Positions 23,851-40,852 of a DNA stretch of 64,000 bases are shown here, one piece after another. The DNA is from Trichosphaerium sp. ATCC 40318 (lineage: Eukaryota > Protista > Tubulinea). Location of the stretch: NCBI GenBank assembly GCA_038496445.1, contig JALMLS010000598.1, positions 127,828 through 191,827 of the forward strand, given 5' to 3'. A model generated the notes under the pieces. That model did not search any database, had not been told where the DNA came from, and saw only the letters and a list, made by a program, of their open reading frames with translations. Positions within the stretch are counted from its first letter, which is position 1, and each line of letters opens with the position of its first letter. The position numbers were made by a program, and so were the translations under genes.

Positions 23851-25430
23851 TTATTGTACAACAAATAAATTTTTTTGAAGCCCAATCAAGTGCCTACAAT
23901 AATACGCCAGTTGAGTAAAAGTACATGTACTCAAAATATATATTAGTACCTTTGTTTAGATCTTTTAGATCTATCATAAAACTTTGACCAATCCCACAAG
24001 TGTTGAGGATGTAACCTTTGTTAATCTTAGTTTCTACAAACTATATTAAAAAAAAAAGAAAGTTTCTTACTTTGTTAGAACATGAGGAAAGTAAGGCAGT
24101 AATCCGCCCCCAGACTGAGCTGATATCTGAAATTGAGACACGTTATACCTATACCAATGCATTTAGTACAAAAGCAATATTTGCGTCATTACCAATCACT
24201 AGGTGAGTGTATACCAAGCGTATTCTCAACGACTCTAAGAAACGACATTACATTTTTTTGATTATGCCAGTAATAACGTGGATTTATCTTTAAAGGCTTT
24301 GTCTTAATTTGTCTACACCTATCGCATAGCGATAAGTAACATAAAAGACATAACCGAGAGTGTACTTGAAGTGATGGTCTTTCCACTTGAAATCTGGATA
24401 AAGCTTTCGTAACACTGCTTTGTATGTTCCATATCTATCAATAACGATTAAAAACATCTCAATTGTCGGCACCCCTTGTACATACTTTGATAGTATTTGT
24501 TGTGCACCATTATCAGCAAGAGCTTGAGCATTATGTTTATACCAACCATTTATAGCTGTAACATTTAAGTCCATGGCAATTTCGTCAAGTTTTTTTTTTT
24601 GATTAGAAATATCATCCCAATGATGCCTTGGTACATGCCTATCAAGCTCGATTACTACCTCTGACTAATTGCAATGTAAATAACATACTTGAAGTGTTGT
24701 GGTATCCATGTATGCTTTGGATATAGCGTAGAAAGCGCAGTGTACATAGAATCGTTGTATCTACAAGAAAGGTCAAAGAAAGAGGTAATAAAAAAAAAGT
24801 TTGTTAAATTGTCTTCACGTGACGTACTTAGATAATACACTTGAGCCTCCCTTGGCAATGGCCTTCGACTTGACGATCGTATACCAATCGTTAAGAGTCT
24901 TAACACCAAGATGAAACGCCACTTTGTTGAATTGCGTCCGTTGGTTATCAAGGTTGTTCCAGTGACTCCTTAGATGTAGTTTATTCGCGTAATCAAGGTA
25001 ACCATGTGTTCTAGGAGCCCATTCTGGGTAAAGTGACGCTATTACATGATCTAGCGAGCCATTGTGTCTGAGTTTTCCAAAAGTCAACAATTAAATGCGT
25101 TTAAGCTAGTTGGCAATAGCGAGGATGGAAAGTTTTGGCGTAGAAAGAATTTTAAACGTACTGTGTAAGCAAATAGTTGCCACCCGCTTCAACAAGCTTC
25201 TTATTCGTTACACCGTTCCACTGCCGCGATTTGGTTATATTAAGGGCTGTAGCTATCTGTACACCAAACAATCGCTTCTGTTTTTCGCGCTTTGTTTCCC
25301 AAAAGCTCCTCCTGGGTATCGTTTTAACTACAACAGTATTGTTTTAATAAAAGGTAATGGTTGTAATTTGTGACAAAAGAAAGCCCTTCATACCAGCCAT
25401 AGCTTCATCTTTTAGCGATACGAGCTACTA
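23851..25430 (-). CDS. Trp-rich helical repeat protein (W..l.Nqr..f..a..lg....dWY..GG..L..Y..YP..W), apparently lacking the C-terminal nuclease domain
   Basis: Repeats visible in ORFs 24290, 24655 and 24815 and neighbouring exons; clear paralogy with 41700-45248; 5' end uncertain. Confidence 0.6.
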
Positions 25431-25609
25431 CCGGCTTACAAAATAAGTAAAAAAAACGACTTTCATGACATTCGTTTGACCGCCGCCTAGACCCTTTCCA
25501 TGACTCTTTCTATACAAAATCTATAACGTCCAGCCACCCCTAGCTTACTTATAGTTATCAAAGAACGTTATTGGAATCTCCTAATGCGAGCTTTCTACTT
25601 TTGAACGAC

Positions 25610-28147
25610 ATGCCCACACGTGTATTATTGGCACTGTTGTGCCTGGTGATAGCTTCCAAAGCTACCTTGAGTAACCAGCCGTTGCAGTGCGCTGTTTTGC
25701 CTCCTACGCACCCATGTAGTTTCCATAACACTTCAGACGCTGTTATACTCTCTGAACCGCTCATTGTGTTACCTTTAAACTACACTTTCGACACTCTTCA
25801 CAATAAGTTCCTGGAGAACTTAAAAAGCATATCACACGCTTCTTTTGTATCACAGGAGTACGTTTAAACAACTTTCGACCAATAAAAGAAATAAACACTC
25901 TTTAGGTGTGGTAAACTCGCCAAAGAGGTGGCGTGTAAGCTTATATTTAGCCCAGGATGCAGTAAAGGCGCACCGTTGCTGTTAAGACCTTGTAACTCAA
26001 CATGTCACAAACTCATTTCGGCGTGCTCTGATATTTGGCAGCACGCGCCTAATTTAAAGCCTGATTGTGACAGATATGATTTAATAGGTGGTAAGCTAAA
26101 AAAAATTGCATCGATACACATGTATTGCACGGTGCACTGCCGGACGATTACTTTCTAACATTTTTTTTCTGACACTAGCGATAAAGATTCAGCGTTTTGC
26201 GAGCGATGCACAGTGTAATAAACGTGGTGTTTCTTTTGTGCCAAAGGATTGTGTATTTCCTTACTCTTGGGATGACGTAGATCAAAAATGTGGGTTATCT
26301 TGTCCACTGTTGAGCACGTGTCAAACCGAAAAAGCTGTACGATTTTTTTACATCTACTTGGGTTTAATTCTTTGTAGATAAACTATTTTGCTACACCGAT
26401 TTTTGCTGTTTTGGGATTTGTTATTTTTGGTATACAATTGTTGAGTACTTCAAAGCAGTCTTTAGCGCAAACACTGATGACAATAAGCAACTGGTACACA
26501 CGGAATGAAAGTCAGAAGTGAATCTAAAATAAACAAAATTGGATTAGTGCTCACGTGTTTTTAGGTGCTTTTTGATTACAGTTATAATGTTTGCTTCTGT
26601 TCCAGCCTTTGGATGGGATAATTTAAATTGTAGAAACTCTGGTAGATCTATAAAATCATACGAAGCAGGAAGTTTTGCTTGTGTATTAAATGGTGAGTGC
26701 ATGTGATTTGTTATGTGATTAACTTTGTATGGTAGGCACTAGCATCTTTTACTTTACTTATTTGGGCTTGAATTTTTGGTTTGCGGGAGTATATGCGATG
26801 ACATATATCATTATGGTTAAAGGAAAAGGGAAAAATCCTACGCTAATTAAATCGCACAAGTAAGAAATTTTGTTTTCATTTGCGTTGTGACACGTTTGTT
26901 GATATCTTTTTGTAGGCACTGCTGGTACTTAGTACCTTTTATTTTACCTACAATAAGTACTCTTGTTTTCTTAGCCAAAGGGGATGTAAATCCTCCGAAG
27001 TATATTTGTTTACCTGGCTGTACACGTGCGTTATTTATCATGGAAATTTTTTTTGGAAATCTCTTTTTCCTTCCGTTTACCATAAAAGGCATAAACTTAA
27101 AACTACGTTTTGTTCAATAATCACATAGTTGTCAACAGCACCATCTCATTTACATTTGATTTTACAAATAACCAAAGCACAAGTTCTGTTTTTCTCATTT
27201 TTCTTGATTGTTGATAAAAATATTGACTCATTTATGTTTAGTAACTACACCAGAACGATCGATTCGACTTATATTCTTTGGTTTACCTGTATGTATACCA
27301 CTAGCTATTGCTAGTATTTGCCTTGTATATATTGTCCGTAAAATTCGACAAGTACGTTGTTTTTGAAAAAAGTAGGATGGCAATTTCAATGACTTTTAAC
27401 AAGGTCCCAGCATTTGACACTTTGTTACCCTCAAACATTTATTTTAGCTAACATTTACTTTTTCGCAATCAGGCATCAGCATTCTTAAAAACAATGATGG
27501 CAAGTAACAAAAGAGAATTACTGAAAAAATACATGCAAACACAGTTTATACTATTATATGGTTTGATTTTTACTTGGTTGTTTACTCTTGGTATACTTCT
27601 ACCTGTGCTTTACCATGAGCTTATAAACTACCAAAATTCAAAGAATAGTATGATAGAATGGATAAAATGTATGACTGATAACAGGCATGACTGTGGTAAG
27701 TTGCGAAATGAATAATGAAGAGAACTTTCAACTATTTCTTCTTCGTCAAATCTTGCTTATGTTACACAAGGTAATGCTCCGTCTGCATGGCCTATGGGAG
27801 TGAGTATCCTAGCTACCATAATATGGTGTACTTTATCTGTTCCTGGCACTATTCTAACTCTTGGTACGACTATTGACATTTTTATGGTTACTTAACTATT
27901 GTTATTTTAAGTCACACCTGAATTTTGGCAAGGGTTTAGAAGACTGTGCAGCTTTTTTACGATACAAAACAAACCTAAAAAAAACGCCAACAGTGATCGT
28001 ATACATCTTGATACTTTGGGTACTGTTGAAAGCGTGGATCATAGTTATCAGGCAGTAGAAGATTCATTAGATTCAAGTGACGAAGGAGATCTGTACAGTT
28101 TATTATCTACGTCTCGTTCAAAGCCATCAAGTGAAGATACTACGTAA
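25610..28147 (+). CDS. Frizzled/Smoothened-like GPCR (CRD + 7TM)
   Basis: Signal MPTRVLLALLCLV; Frizzled CRD C..VACKLIFSPGC..PCNSTCHKLISAC..PDC; CGLSCP linker; multiple hydrophobic exons; Ser/acidic tail. Confidence 0.75.
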
Positions 28148-28315
28148 CAAATGATCGTTGTAATAAATAGTTTTTGGGTAGCCAATGTGTCTTGAGGTAG
28201 AAATACATAAAACAAGAAGATGTGAACAATAAAAAAACTTTGAAAAAAACTTCTGCAGCGATTTGTTGCGTGAAAACATTGTCATCACTTGATTTAAACT
28301 ACAATTATTTCGGGT

Positions 28316-29531
28316 TTATTTCGTATTATTTACACGCCTCCTTCCTCTTATAATGTGTATTGGTTCATCTCTATAAACTTCATCATGTTCATTCAAAGGA
28401 ACCTACAAAAGAAAATGTTAAAGAAAAGTTTAGAATTATTCAAAACTCCATACCTCTTTCATTTCAAATGTCTCAAATAGCTCATTCAAGAAAGGAGTAT
28501 AATCTAGATACCTCTGTTCATAAACAAGAATAAGTTCAGTATGATCTGTCTTACATAAATCCCGTAAGGATTTATTTAAAATAGGAAACAATGTGTCACA
28601 ATAAAGCAAATCACAACAAACGACCATATCATATTCTTTGTCTAATTTTTTAGGTATCTCTCTACCCCTAAGAATAAACTCAACCAACAACAACATACAG
28701 AGTACAAAAAGAATCTTCAGGCACTAGTACAGCCTCATAAAATTCATTGAATGTAAGCCAATACGTACCAAAATAATTCATCAACTGTGACTCTGTCATT
28801 GAGACCATTAATGGAAACATTCGCTTTTAGTATCGGTAGAACTATTTCCATGTCCGTTAGAGTTACTGTTCCGCCAAGTTTCGCCATTAAATTACCAACC
28901 ATACCTTAGAAAAAACGTATCAAAAATTATTGTTTGGAAATACATCAAATATTTATGAATACAGAAAGAGCTGTGGATAAAATGTGTATGTAATTATATA
29001 GATAATGGGGTTACCTGTACCGCTTCCTAACTCTATAATGTGTTTGTCGTTAAAGAATGATTCAGGAAATGCTTTTTTGTTTTCAAAGTATTTACAAAGC
29101 ACAAAACTCTATATACACGCGTCAGCGAAGATTTGATTCGTTGTTTTAGGAGTATATTCGAGAAACATTAAAAGAAATAGTTTACAAAGTAGCGTACAGC
29201 GTCCCATAATCTAGCTCCAGTTCCTACGTTTATTCCTTGCTCTGGGTATTGTTTTATCTTAATATCAATACCAATACAACTCAAACTAATCACAGGCTCC
29301 TTAGCCCACTACTTTAACGCGTAAGGTACATTTTTTAAACACTTATATGCCGAATTACCTCTGACATAGAAACACGCGTTAAATACTTACGCCATTCTGG
29401 CTCTTTCTACCATAAATTACTCAGTAACCATGTATGGCCATAATACGTACACGAATAGCTACAGCCTCTTCATCTGTTGAAAACAAGGTATCAAAATCTT
29501 GATCAACAAGCACATTAAAGTGTTTAATCAT
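28316..29531 (-). CDS. METTL21-like (Methyltransf_16) protein lysine methyltransferase
   Basis: GTGARLWDA, IIELGSGTG.VG, VTLTD, DMVVCCDLLY, ILVYEQR. Confidence 0.8.
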
Positions 29532-29604
29532 GTTCACGCTGTATTACGCTACAAAATATTAACAGATTTCGTAAAAAGTCAACTCTATCCTAGCGCTTTA
29601 CACG

Positions 29605-31096
29605 ATGACAGAAGCAATGGAAATCGATACACCTGAAGTTAATACCAATACCAACGCTATGAACAATAGCGCAAAGGTTATTGAAGAGTTTTCAAGTACA
29701 GTTTCGTAATGATATTGTTATTGTCTTATTAGACATTCAAGGTCAAACTTCTATCATTTGGAGCGTTTGTTGGTCACCTGATGGCAATTTATTGGCAACT
29801 TGTGGGGAAGACCGAAAAGTACACTCTATACACGTATTCATTGCTTATTAACGATTAGATTCGCTTGTGGGGTAGAGAAAATGACAAGTGGAGAGTAATG
29901 CAGCTCCTGAGCGGCCACCACACGCGTACAATACGCCGGTAAATTGTATTACCGTCATTCTAAGCTTATCTCTGTACAGAATTGCTTTTTCACCTTCTGG
30001 TAATTACATTGCGACAGCAAGCTTTGACGCTACTTGTATGGTATATAAACTCGAAGATGGCGGTATGTCTCGGAGAAATAATCATAATTTATAATTTTGA
30101 CATTGGGTAGCTTATGAACCTGTTGCCACACTTGAAGGCCAAGATAACGAGTTAAAAGCAGTAACTTGGGACTCATCAGAGACTTTCCTTGCCACGTGCT
30201 CAAGAGATAAGAGCGTTTGGATATGGGAGCGTAAGCACTATTCTTCAAAAACTATTTTTTTGTATTCACAACTTTTGCTAGTTGACGAAGGTGATGATGA
30301 TTTTGAGTGCGCTTCAGTACTTCAAGGACATACACAAGATGTTAAACACGTTATATTCCACCCGAGCAAATCGGTATGCATGCATTAAATGTTATACAGT
30401 TCTATCTTTGAAGCTAACTAACTTTTTTTATTTCAAGGAACTCGTTTCATGCTCATACGATAATACTGTAAAGATATGGAAAGACACAGGAGATGATGAC
30501 TGGAGTTGTGTACAAACACTTGAAGGACATACTTATACAGTATGGGCAGCAACCTATGATCCATCAGGAAACTTTTTAGGTACAAACAAAACACCTCACA
30601 AAAAACTTTCTGTTTCTACCTTGCTTGCTTTTATGAATTGCTTTTCTCCCGTGATACGTTCAACCATACTATTCTTTACGCATACATGCTAATTTCTTTC
30701 GTTTAGCGACTTGCAGTGGTGATTTATCAGTTCGTATTTGGCAAAGAAACGATAACGGAACATACATTGCTCATGTCATGTTACCACAATGTCATACACG
30801 TCCAATAATATCAATTGACTGGAGTAAGCAAAATGTTATCGCTACATGCGCTCAGGATGACTCAATATGTTTCTATGCGAAGGTACGAAGAAAACATTTT
30901 TAAACAAAAGCAATGCTATGATTTTTCTGATTATTTTTTCTTTCTACAGAAAGACAACACTTGGGTGGGTCATAGTCAAATCAAAAAGGCTCATAACGCT
31001 GATATTAATGCTATATCATGGAATCCTGTACAGCTTAATGTATTTGCTACTTGTAGCGATGACTTGACTGTTAAGATTTGGAATTTTTCGCTTTGA
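29605..31096 (+). CDS. CIA1: Cytosolic Fe-S assembly WD40 protein Cia1/CIAO1
   Basis: [72 protein letters not shown]. Confidence 0.9.
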
Positions 31097-31260
31097 ATAA
31101 AAAATATGTCTTGTAACGCGTTATTTGTCATTTGTATTCTTTACAACCGCTTCCTAAGGTATTTATTTCACTCTGTAGACCAATGTCAACTTGTTTGGGT
31201 ACCATTTAGTCGTGCCTTAATTAAATAGATTTAACTATCCTAACACAGGCAGCACAGTGA

Positions 31261-33706
<2,446 letters not shown>

Positions 33707-33931
33707 ACGAAAAAAAACAAATAAAAAACTTAGCAAAACTGTAATTGGGTTTACCTTGATTTTTCACTCCCTTTTTCTTAATGTCCCTGTAATATAATCT
33801 CTAATCGGAGTACTTGACTTAACAATAGTAAACGGCGATTGGTAGTATTTTTGAAGTTTACGCAGAAACGTCATAGTTAAGCACGTGTACTGAGTATTTT
33901 TACACGCTAACACTTGAAGCCACAAACCAAA

Positions 33932-35087
33932 ATGGAACATACTCACGTTCTGCTTCTCTTCCTCGCTTTATTTATCATTAGTTCAGACGCCGCTTGTGAC
34001 TGCTGCTTACCATTTGGCAATAGTGTATATACGTGGCTTAGAGGAAACTCTTACGATACAATAAGAAAAGTGTGGGTTGATGTTTCTGGAAATGGCCATG
34101 ACTCTACAGAGACAAGAGGCAATCCAAAAGTAACACCGAAGGAATATGCAAATGGTAAAATGTATTATACTGTGTCTGGTAGCATAACCGATACACTAGT
34201 ATTTACAGGCGCTATAGGAGATAATATGACATTCTTCGGCATTAGCAGGTACGCACTGTCACTTAATAGTAAGATTACAAGTCGCAGTTGAACGTTCAAG
34301 TTGTTATTAAATCCTCCCCGATGGTGGCCTACTCTTTCTTGAGCTTAAAATTATTGGTGTTGAACCTTTGTGCTTGAGAGGCAACTTAGTTCAATTGCGC
34401 ACAATTTATCAAAACACGTGACAAAACTTTTCATCAGATAAACAAAAGAGTCTTGATTTGAATATGAACTAATAATAAATTAGATATACAAGTAGTTTTA
34501 GTTCTAGACGTGCTCGAATATTTACATCTCGATCACCTACTAATTGGTATTCTGGGCATGTGAATAACTGGGCTGGGGTTGCTGGAAACGGAAGACATCC
34601 CACAAATAGTGGACCAGCTTGGCTTACTCAACAGCGAGATGTGTTTGGAAGCGATTGGGTGTTATCAGTTTCACAACGAACAAGGTATAGAGGGAATGGT
34701 ATTGACTTAACAATACCTAACATAATTGGAACAACCAAAGATACTGATCACTTTACAATAAACAACTATATGGACACCTTTAGACAACGTTCATCATGGG
34801 AAGTCTTAGAGGTAATTGTATATGATAGAGTCCTTTCAATAGCAGAGATTGAGATGGTTGAAAGCTATTTAAATACAAACTATGACATTGCAGAAGATAT
34901 TCTTGCAGATGAAGATGAGTATGGAGATTGTTATCCAGGTATTCCTCGTCCAACAACTTTAACACCGACTACAATTTATCCTTCTACAATACCACCAACT
35001 ACTTTGTCTCCAACAAAAGCTCCAGTTCTCCCTCCTGCAAGGAATGTTGCACCCATATGTACAAGGCGCCTAAGTACACAACAGTAA
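33932..35087 (+). CDS. Secreted protein with ConA/LamG-like jelly-roll domain and Pro/Thr-rich tail
   Basis: Signal peptide; WVDVSGNGHD; EVIVYDRVLSIAEIEMVESYL; PTT repeats; 3' end uncertain. Confidence 0.55.
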
Positions 35088-35900
35088 ACAGAACAAATAA
35101 CTCACATGGATAAGGGAGTTAAAATCTCAACACAGTTTTATTTTTTTGAGCTCTTAACAAGTAGCTGTCTTTTCGTAGACATCACTTCAAATTTTTCAGC
35201 GGTACATATGAAACAGTCACCAAAAACCATTTGCGAATATAAGTACGTACATGATTTTGTTCAGCATATTCCATGCTTTATGAGCACAGCAGCCCGAATG
35301 GCTCGAAGTTTACGGCCACGATTCCAGTAGTGAAATAGTACACAAATACAATCATAAAGAGCCCAGTCCTATCAAGAAAAATAATGGAAACAAAAAATAT
35401 TATTTCAGCTCAGTTTTTTACTGATGAACAAAATGGGATTTAGCTATTTCTTTTAGCCTTGGTACTCGTTGAACAAATTTTGATTATTTGACAATGTTTC
35501 AACTTGGCTAGAATTACGTTGGACTACAGTCTGAATATCCTAAACCTATGTAGAATCTACTAAGTGAAAGGACCAACAACACCAATGATAAGCTTTAGCA
35601 ATTGTAGTCGCGAAATCAATGTAGACTAAAAGGTTTGTACTTAGAGAAGTCTAAACAAGTTGGACATAAACAGTTTTTGGTTTATTTTTTTGGTGCATTT
35701 CTTAGGCGGTAGCTTCAATATCATCATCCTCTAGTTGTGCATTATTGTCTTCATCTTCATCATCTTGATCACTCTGCTCTACAACACTATAGGCCGCTTG
35801 TACCATGTAATGTGTAAAGTCAGTGAAACAACTGTAAAACGAGGGGATACACAACAAGAAGAAGAAAAGTTTTCGTTGTGAAGGATTTTTCGACCAAAAC

Positions 35901-38900
35901 TCAAATGATACGTATCTCTTGTATATGGTTTGGTGGAGGCTTTGATCTTATCTTAGACATAACAAGCGCCTCTAAGTTCATAAAAGGCTTTTCAACAAGT
36001 AAATAACCAATCAGTGCAAGACCAAATGATATCACAACATTAGATATAATATCGTTAGCATAAAGGTTGTCTTCATACGAAACAATATCACGTGTAGAAA
36101 AATTGAATACCATCATCCTAAAACCAAACATATTAGACATAATACAGAGGTGCTAAAAGCTCAAGCACAAAAGGAAACGCTTGAAATGCCTGTACAAGCT
36201 TTTCAAGCAACAAAAAAAAAAAAAAGCAAGCGCAACTACAAATCCTTTTAACGAAGCCCACTACTGAATATAACAATATAATCCCGTACAATATAGGATG
36301 AACCAAATAGGCAGAGTATGTGAGACGAGCTAGCGGTAGCCATATGTTCAAACTGAGGAAATGCTTGATAAAATCTCCATGTCCTTGAACAAATAAGTCA
36401 ACACAGTTCACGTGTCAAATCAACGTACCAACAAGTGTTGTGTATACAAGCATGCCTAGAGATAACCCCCAAGCTGGTCTACTAAGTCCATTGAACAGAA
36501 TTCTAGAAAAATACGACCATTTCTCTAATAAAGTACAAAAAGTGAGAAACCTACTTAATCAGATAAATGACTTAACTGGCGCCCTGCTTGTGTGTTGAAG
36601 CAGTCGAAAATACACAAACAGTCATAATAACACCAATGAGTACCCATGAGCATGCTACTTTCCATATACTAAACTGATATAAGTGCCTGTCAACTTAAAG
36701 GAACGTGCCTCAATTTTGGCTTTGGGTAGAAGTAATACAATAACGCGACTAAAGATCCGATCTACAATAACAAGTCATTAAGTTATTAGTTTTAAAATTG
36801 ATTAGTACAAAGTATGGACCCATCCTATACCAAGGTTGAGTGTAGAATCTCCATGCAAGCTAAAACCATGAGTTTTAAAAAAAATAGGAAAAAAACCCCC
36901 TATCACATGCTACTTACACCATTAGAACCACCTACTTGATCTAAATCCATGTCAAAAGCTGCTGTGACTCCGCCTCTATACTTAATTAAACAGGATCGTT
37001 TTGTTTGTGTACCTTATTATCATACAAAGAACTACAAGTCCGCCAATTACACTTGCACCAATACGTGGTTTTTTGTATGTTAAGAAAACCAAAGGAGGCA
37101 TTACCATGAACATCTGTTGGTCATTTGCTAAATACCAAGTCCATCCCATGCACCTTTACAAATTTAGAGAATATCAAGTAATGTGTACACTCATAGTGAG
37201 ATTCATAAAACAAACGTCTTGAGCAAAGCGAAGGTTGGTTCAAATCTTAATGACAAAAAGAATAATGTTCTTGGTCGATTGATTGTGTACGTAGTTGATA
37301 GCCCCTGGTTGTAAGGTACTAGATTATTTATGTATAGCAAGTTTGTCCACCAGTAAGTAAAACAGGAATCTGTCTTTTTGTCAAGAGCAAACTCGTTCCT
37401 AACATCAAAACTCATGAGAAGAGAAAAAAAGCAAACAAAAAATAATAAGGGAAAAAAAAACAGCTTTTTATACCATTCAGGACCTGATCCAAGTTGTGGT
37501 AGAAGAAACATATAAACACCGAGAAATGCCATATAAACTATAGTAAGTCTTAGGTATCTATGAATATAAATAAACAGCCATTCTTTCCACGTGAATCCTT
37601 CTTTTTCTACAATACTTTTGTACATCATGTACGTAACAAGAAACCCTAGAAATAATACGTTAATTAAAACAAACAACAAGAAAAGGCTGTAGTATTTCTT
37701 CATTAGAGTGCGGCAAAGAGAGAGAAGATAGTCCGAAAAAGAAAGAAAAAAGGAAGAAAACAAACTTCATTTACCACTCAAGAAAAAGAATGAATCAACA
37801 GAATACAATGCATTATATACAATCTGAAAAGAAGTCCTACTCGCAACTGTTGCAGTATATTTGAAGTTTGTAACACCAACTACTAATACCCAAACTACAA
37901 CGTACAATAAGAACTAACATAAAGGACGGAGGCATTATACGTACAAAGAATAGTGTGTCCCAGTATAACCCAACACATACTTAACACACTACGCGATAAT
38001 TAGTTATTTAACATTGTTTTCTTCAAGTTTTTTTTTGCACTTACCGAACGCCATTTAGTACAGGCATTCCATCCTTAGGTTCTGCCACAAGTCGTTGCAA
38101 ATTATGTTTCATCGAAAAGCATTTCAATATGTCGAACACAAGGTTGCCATCTTGCTCAGAATGGCTTGAATACCACTGCAAAGCATAATATAAGCGTTTA
38201 CAAAACTATCATTATAAATAATACCTTGGTTTTATACTTGAAGAAGTAATCCACAGCGGTGCCTATGACCACCATCAATCCAATTAAGCTCAATATCGTG
38301 GTGAATATCTTAGCACCTGTGGTATACGTAAGTGACTAAGAAAAGTATGGTACGCTTATTTCTAATGTACCAAGACTCCAAGGTACTGTCTGTTCGCTAC
38401 AAGATACATCAATCCCTTGGCTATTCAAGTACCTAAGAGCGTCTGTAACCTCTTGATAAAATGATTAAAATAACAGTAACCACGCGGCGTATATACCCTT
38501 TACATCGCTGCCATATGAAACACGTAATAGTATGTTACTATTAACTTTGTCATCAATCGCGTTTGGCAAGTCGTATAGCAGAATTTGAACATCACGTGAT
38601 GAACAAGTACGAGGAATACAAACACCCCATTTTACACGTGTTGTTTTAGCGTCGGTTTGCTATAAAAATAATCACGTGTTAGTTTACAGCACGTTTGTTT
38701 TTCGTCAAGAACGTCATGGCTTTGAAAGTAGTCTTCAACCGAAAAGAAGTACTGGCGGGGGTTTTTGTTTCTATAATTTCGAGAATACATTTGTACGTAC
38801 GTTAGCAGAGAAACCTGATAATGGGAAGTTAAATGAGACTAAACAATGGTGAAGTGTTGGAACGAGAATACAATCATCGTAATTTCCTACAAATACGGAT

Positions 38901-39262
38901 TTTTAGAAGTGAGTTTGTGGCACAACGTGAAGTGGCAAAAAACGATTCTAAATATCAGAAAAGGTAGCCCAACTAAGTTTCTAACGTATGGGCTTTTAAT
39001 TTTAGCGAAAAAGGTTACCTAAGTCGTTAATGCCTTTTCCTGTATTGGTTCCCATACTCGTTGCGTCTTTGAACTGTCCTGCGCTTATTTGCGCCTTATT
39101 GCGTGAGTTAAAGTTTAATTTGGATCAGACGTTTGTAGACGTAATTATTAAATATCTATCGACACGTACAAGCGATGTATTACATGCCGCAGATTGTCCG
39201 TTAACCATGACACTCAAATGTACTAAAACTGCTATCAATAGCAGTGCGCACTTAATATACAT
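35901..39262 (-). CDS. NRF-6/OACYL-type membrane O-acyltransferase (Acyl_transf_3)
   Basis: CLNGVR..SMCWVILGH, VDSFFFLSGFL, IHRYLRLT, WWTNLLYINN, CMGWTWYLANDQQMF, PLARLTYSAYLVHP, LLVEKPF. Confidence 0.88.
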
Positions 39263-39377
39263 TTTATAATGCGTTTGGCGTAGTTCCTCTCTCAGTTGGT
39301 TCGCCACTAACTGAAAACTAAGACATTATTCAAAAATGTCAAACAAAGTAAATTAAAAACAGAAAAAAAAACCACCA

Positions 39378-39790
39378 TGGCAAGCCACAAAAAGAAGCTT
39401 TTCGAACAAAAAATAAAGGAAAACGCACCTGGCTATGTAAAAGGTAACAGCACGTGACCATTTTTTGTTTGGGGTGTTTGTCGAGCAACTTCATTTCATC
39501 AGCCGCCAACTCGCATTCTTTTTGTATAAGACATGTTGTACTGTAGTAGGTTGCTCAGCGATCGTACTTTAGAGCTTTTCCAAAAACAAAAAAATAACTT
39601 TTTATTCAAGGTGAGCAGAGACCTGTTGGTCAACGTGAATGGAACCCTCACCCACGTGGAGCGCATGATACACACGGTTACAACGTACAAACTACCAACA
39701 CACCTCGCGGTACACGTGACTATTGAGCTAGCGAAGAAACAAGTTGCTGATAACCGTTTTAGGACCACCTCCAAAGAAGAGTTTTGCTGA
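39378..39790 (+). CDS. Hypothetical small spliced protein
   Basis: Plausible in-frame GT-AG joined exons ending at the stop of ORF 39533..39790; no recognised motif. Confidence 0.3.
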
Positions 39791-39936
39791 CTTGCCTTGA
39801 GAGCAGTATTGTACTAATCAATTTATAAAAACTGTCCTTTTATTAATACGATGTATTGTTAATTGCAGTAGTATGAGGTCAGTCATTATTCGTTTTTGAA
39901 TCTAAGCAAATACAATGTTCTTTTTTTTTCAGTTTT

Positions 39937-40479
39937 TTAACAATCGCATATAAATCCTCCTGAGGAAGCTGTTTGTCTTGTCTCCTTCACAGTGCATGCA
40001 AGAAATTTTCCTTGAGGTCTTGAACAGAAGCACGTGTTTGTTTCAAACATACAGGAACAAGGGCCAGTAACGCACCTAAGAAAGAAATAAGAAAAAAGAT
40101 CAACTATCCAAGCTTTGCAGCGAAACACGGCTTCGTTTTGCGTTTTGGTGTCGCCTGTATGAACGTACATGCATGAATCCGTTAGTATATTAATACAAGC
40201 CAGTTCAATAGGTACATCTGGGGACATTGGAGCAGAGGGCGCTATTACAACTTCGTCGACAAGTCTTGATGTCATAGGACACCAAATATTGCTTGGTAAA
40301 AATGTGTCGTTACCGACGTCTTTAAGATTTTCCTCTACAACGCGAGTAGGAAAATCGCATGTAGGTAAACCAAAAGCGAAGAAATGAACGTTGGAAGGGT
40401 CAACGTGAAAGTTCCATTGCGGGTTATACGCCTGTCTTCCTATTACAACCTCGCCAAAAAATGAAGGTTGCTGTTCCAT
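39937..40479 (-). CDS. Hypothetical protein, Cys-rich C-terminus
   Basis: 180-codon ATG-initiated ORF in AT-rich DNA; no recognised family. Confidence 0.45.
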   Translation of the reverse strand: MEQQPSFFGEVVIGRQAYNPQWNFHVDPSNVHFFAFGLPTCDFPTRVVEENLKDVGNDTFLPSNIWCPMTSRLVDEVVIAPSAPMSPDVPIELACINILTDSCMYVHTGDTKTQNEAVFRCKAWIVDLFSYFFLRCVTGPCSCMFETNTCFCSRPQGKFLACTVKETRQTASSGGFICDC

Positions 40480-40852
40480 ATCGATTAGATCTCTCGCTTG
40501 AGCGATTCTGTTTTCATCTAGTATCTACACGCACGCTAAGATAATCTAACACGTGATAAATTTGAAAAACTATACCTCAACAATAAAAATGTCTTCGTTA
40601 GCGTCTGTAAATCGGAAAAAAGCCGCATTGACTACAAAATAGCTAAAGAAATATAAAAATCTGGATACGAAGATCTTTTGGTACCCTAACAACGAAACTA
40701 AAAGCGCTTGTACTAGAAAGCTCCGCATTTATCTACAAAATACTGTATGAGGCACAATAGATATGTTTTGTATTCACTTGTAACCCACACGTGACTTAGC
40801 AAATATAACTTAAGTCAGGAAAATTATTTTGTCATTTTACTAATTTAGTCGT

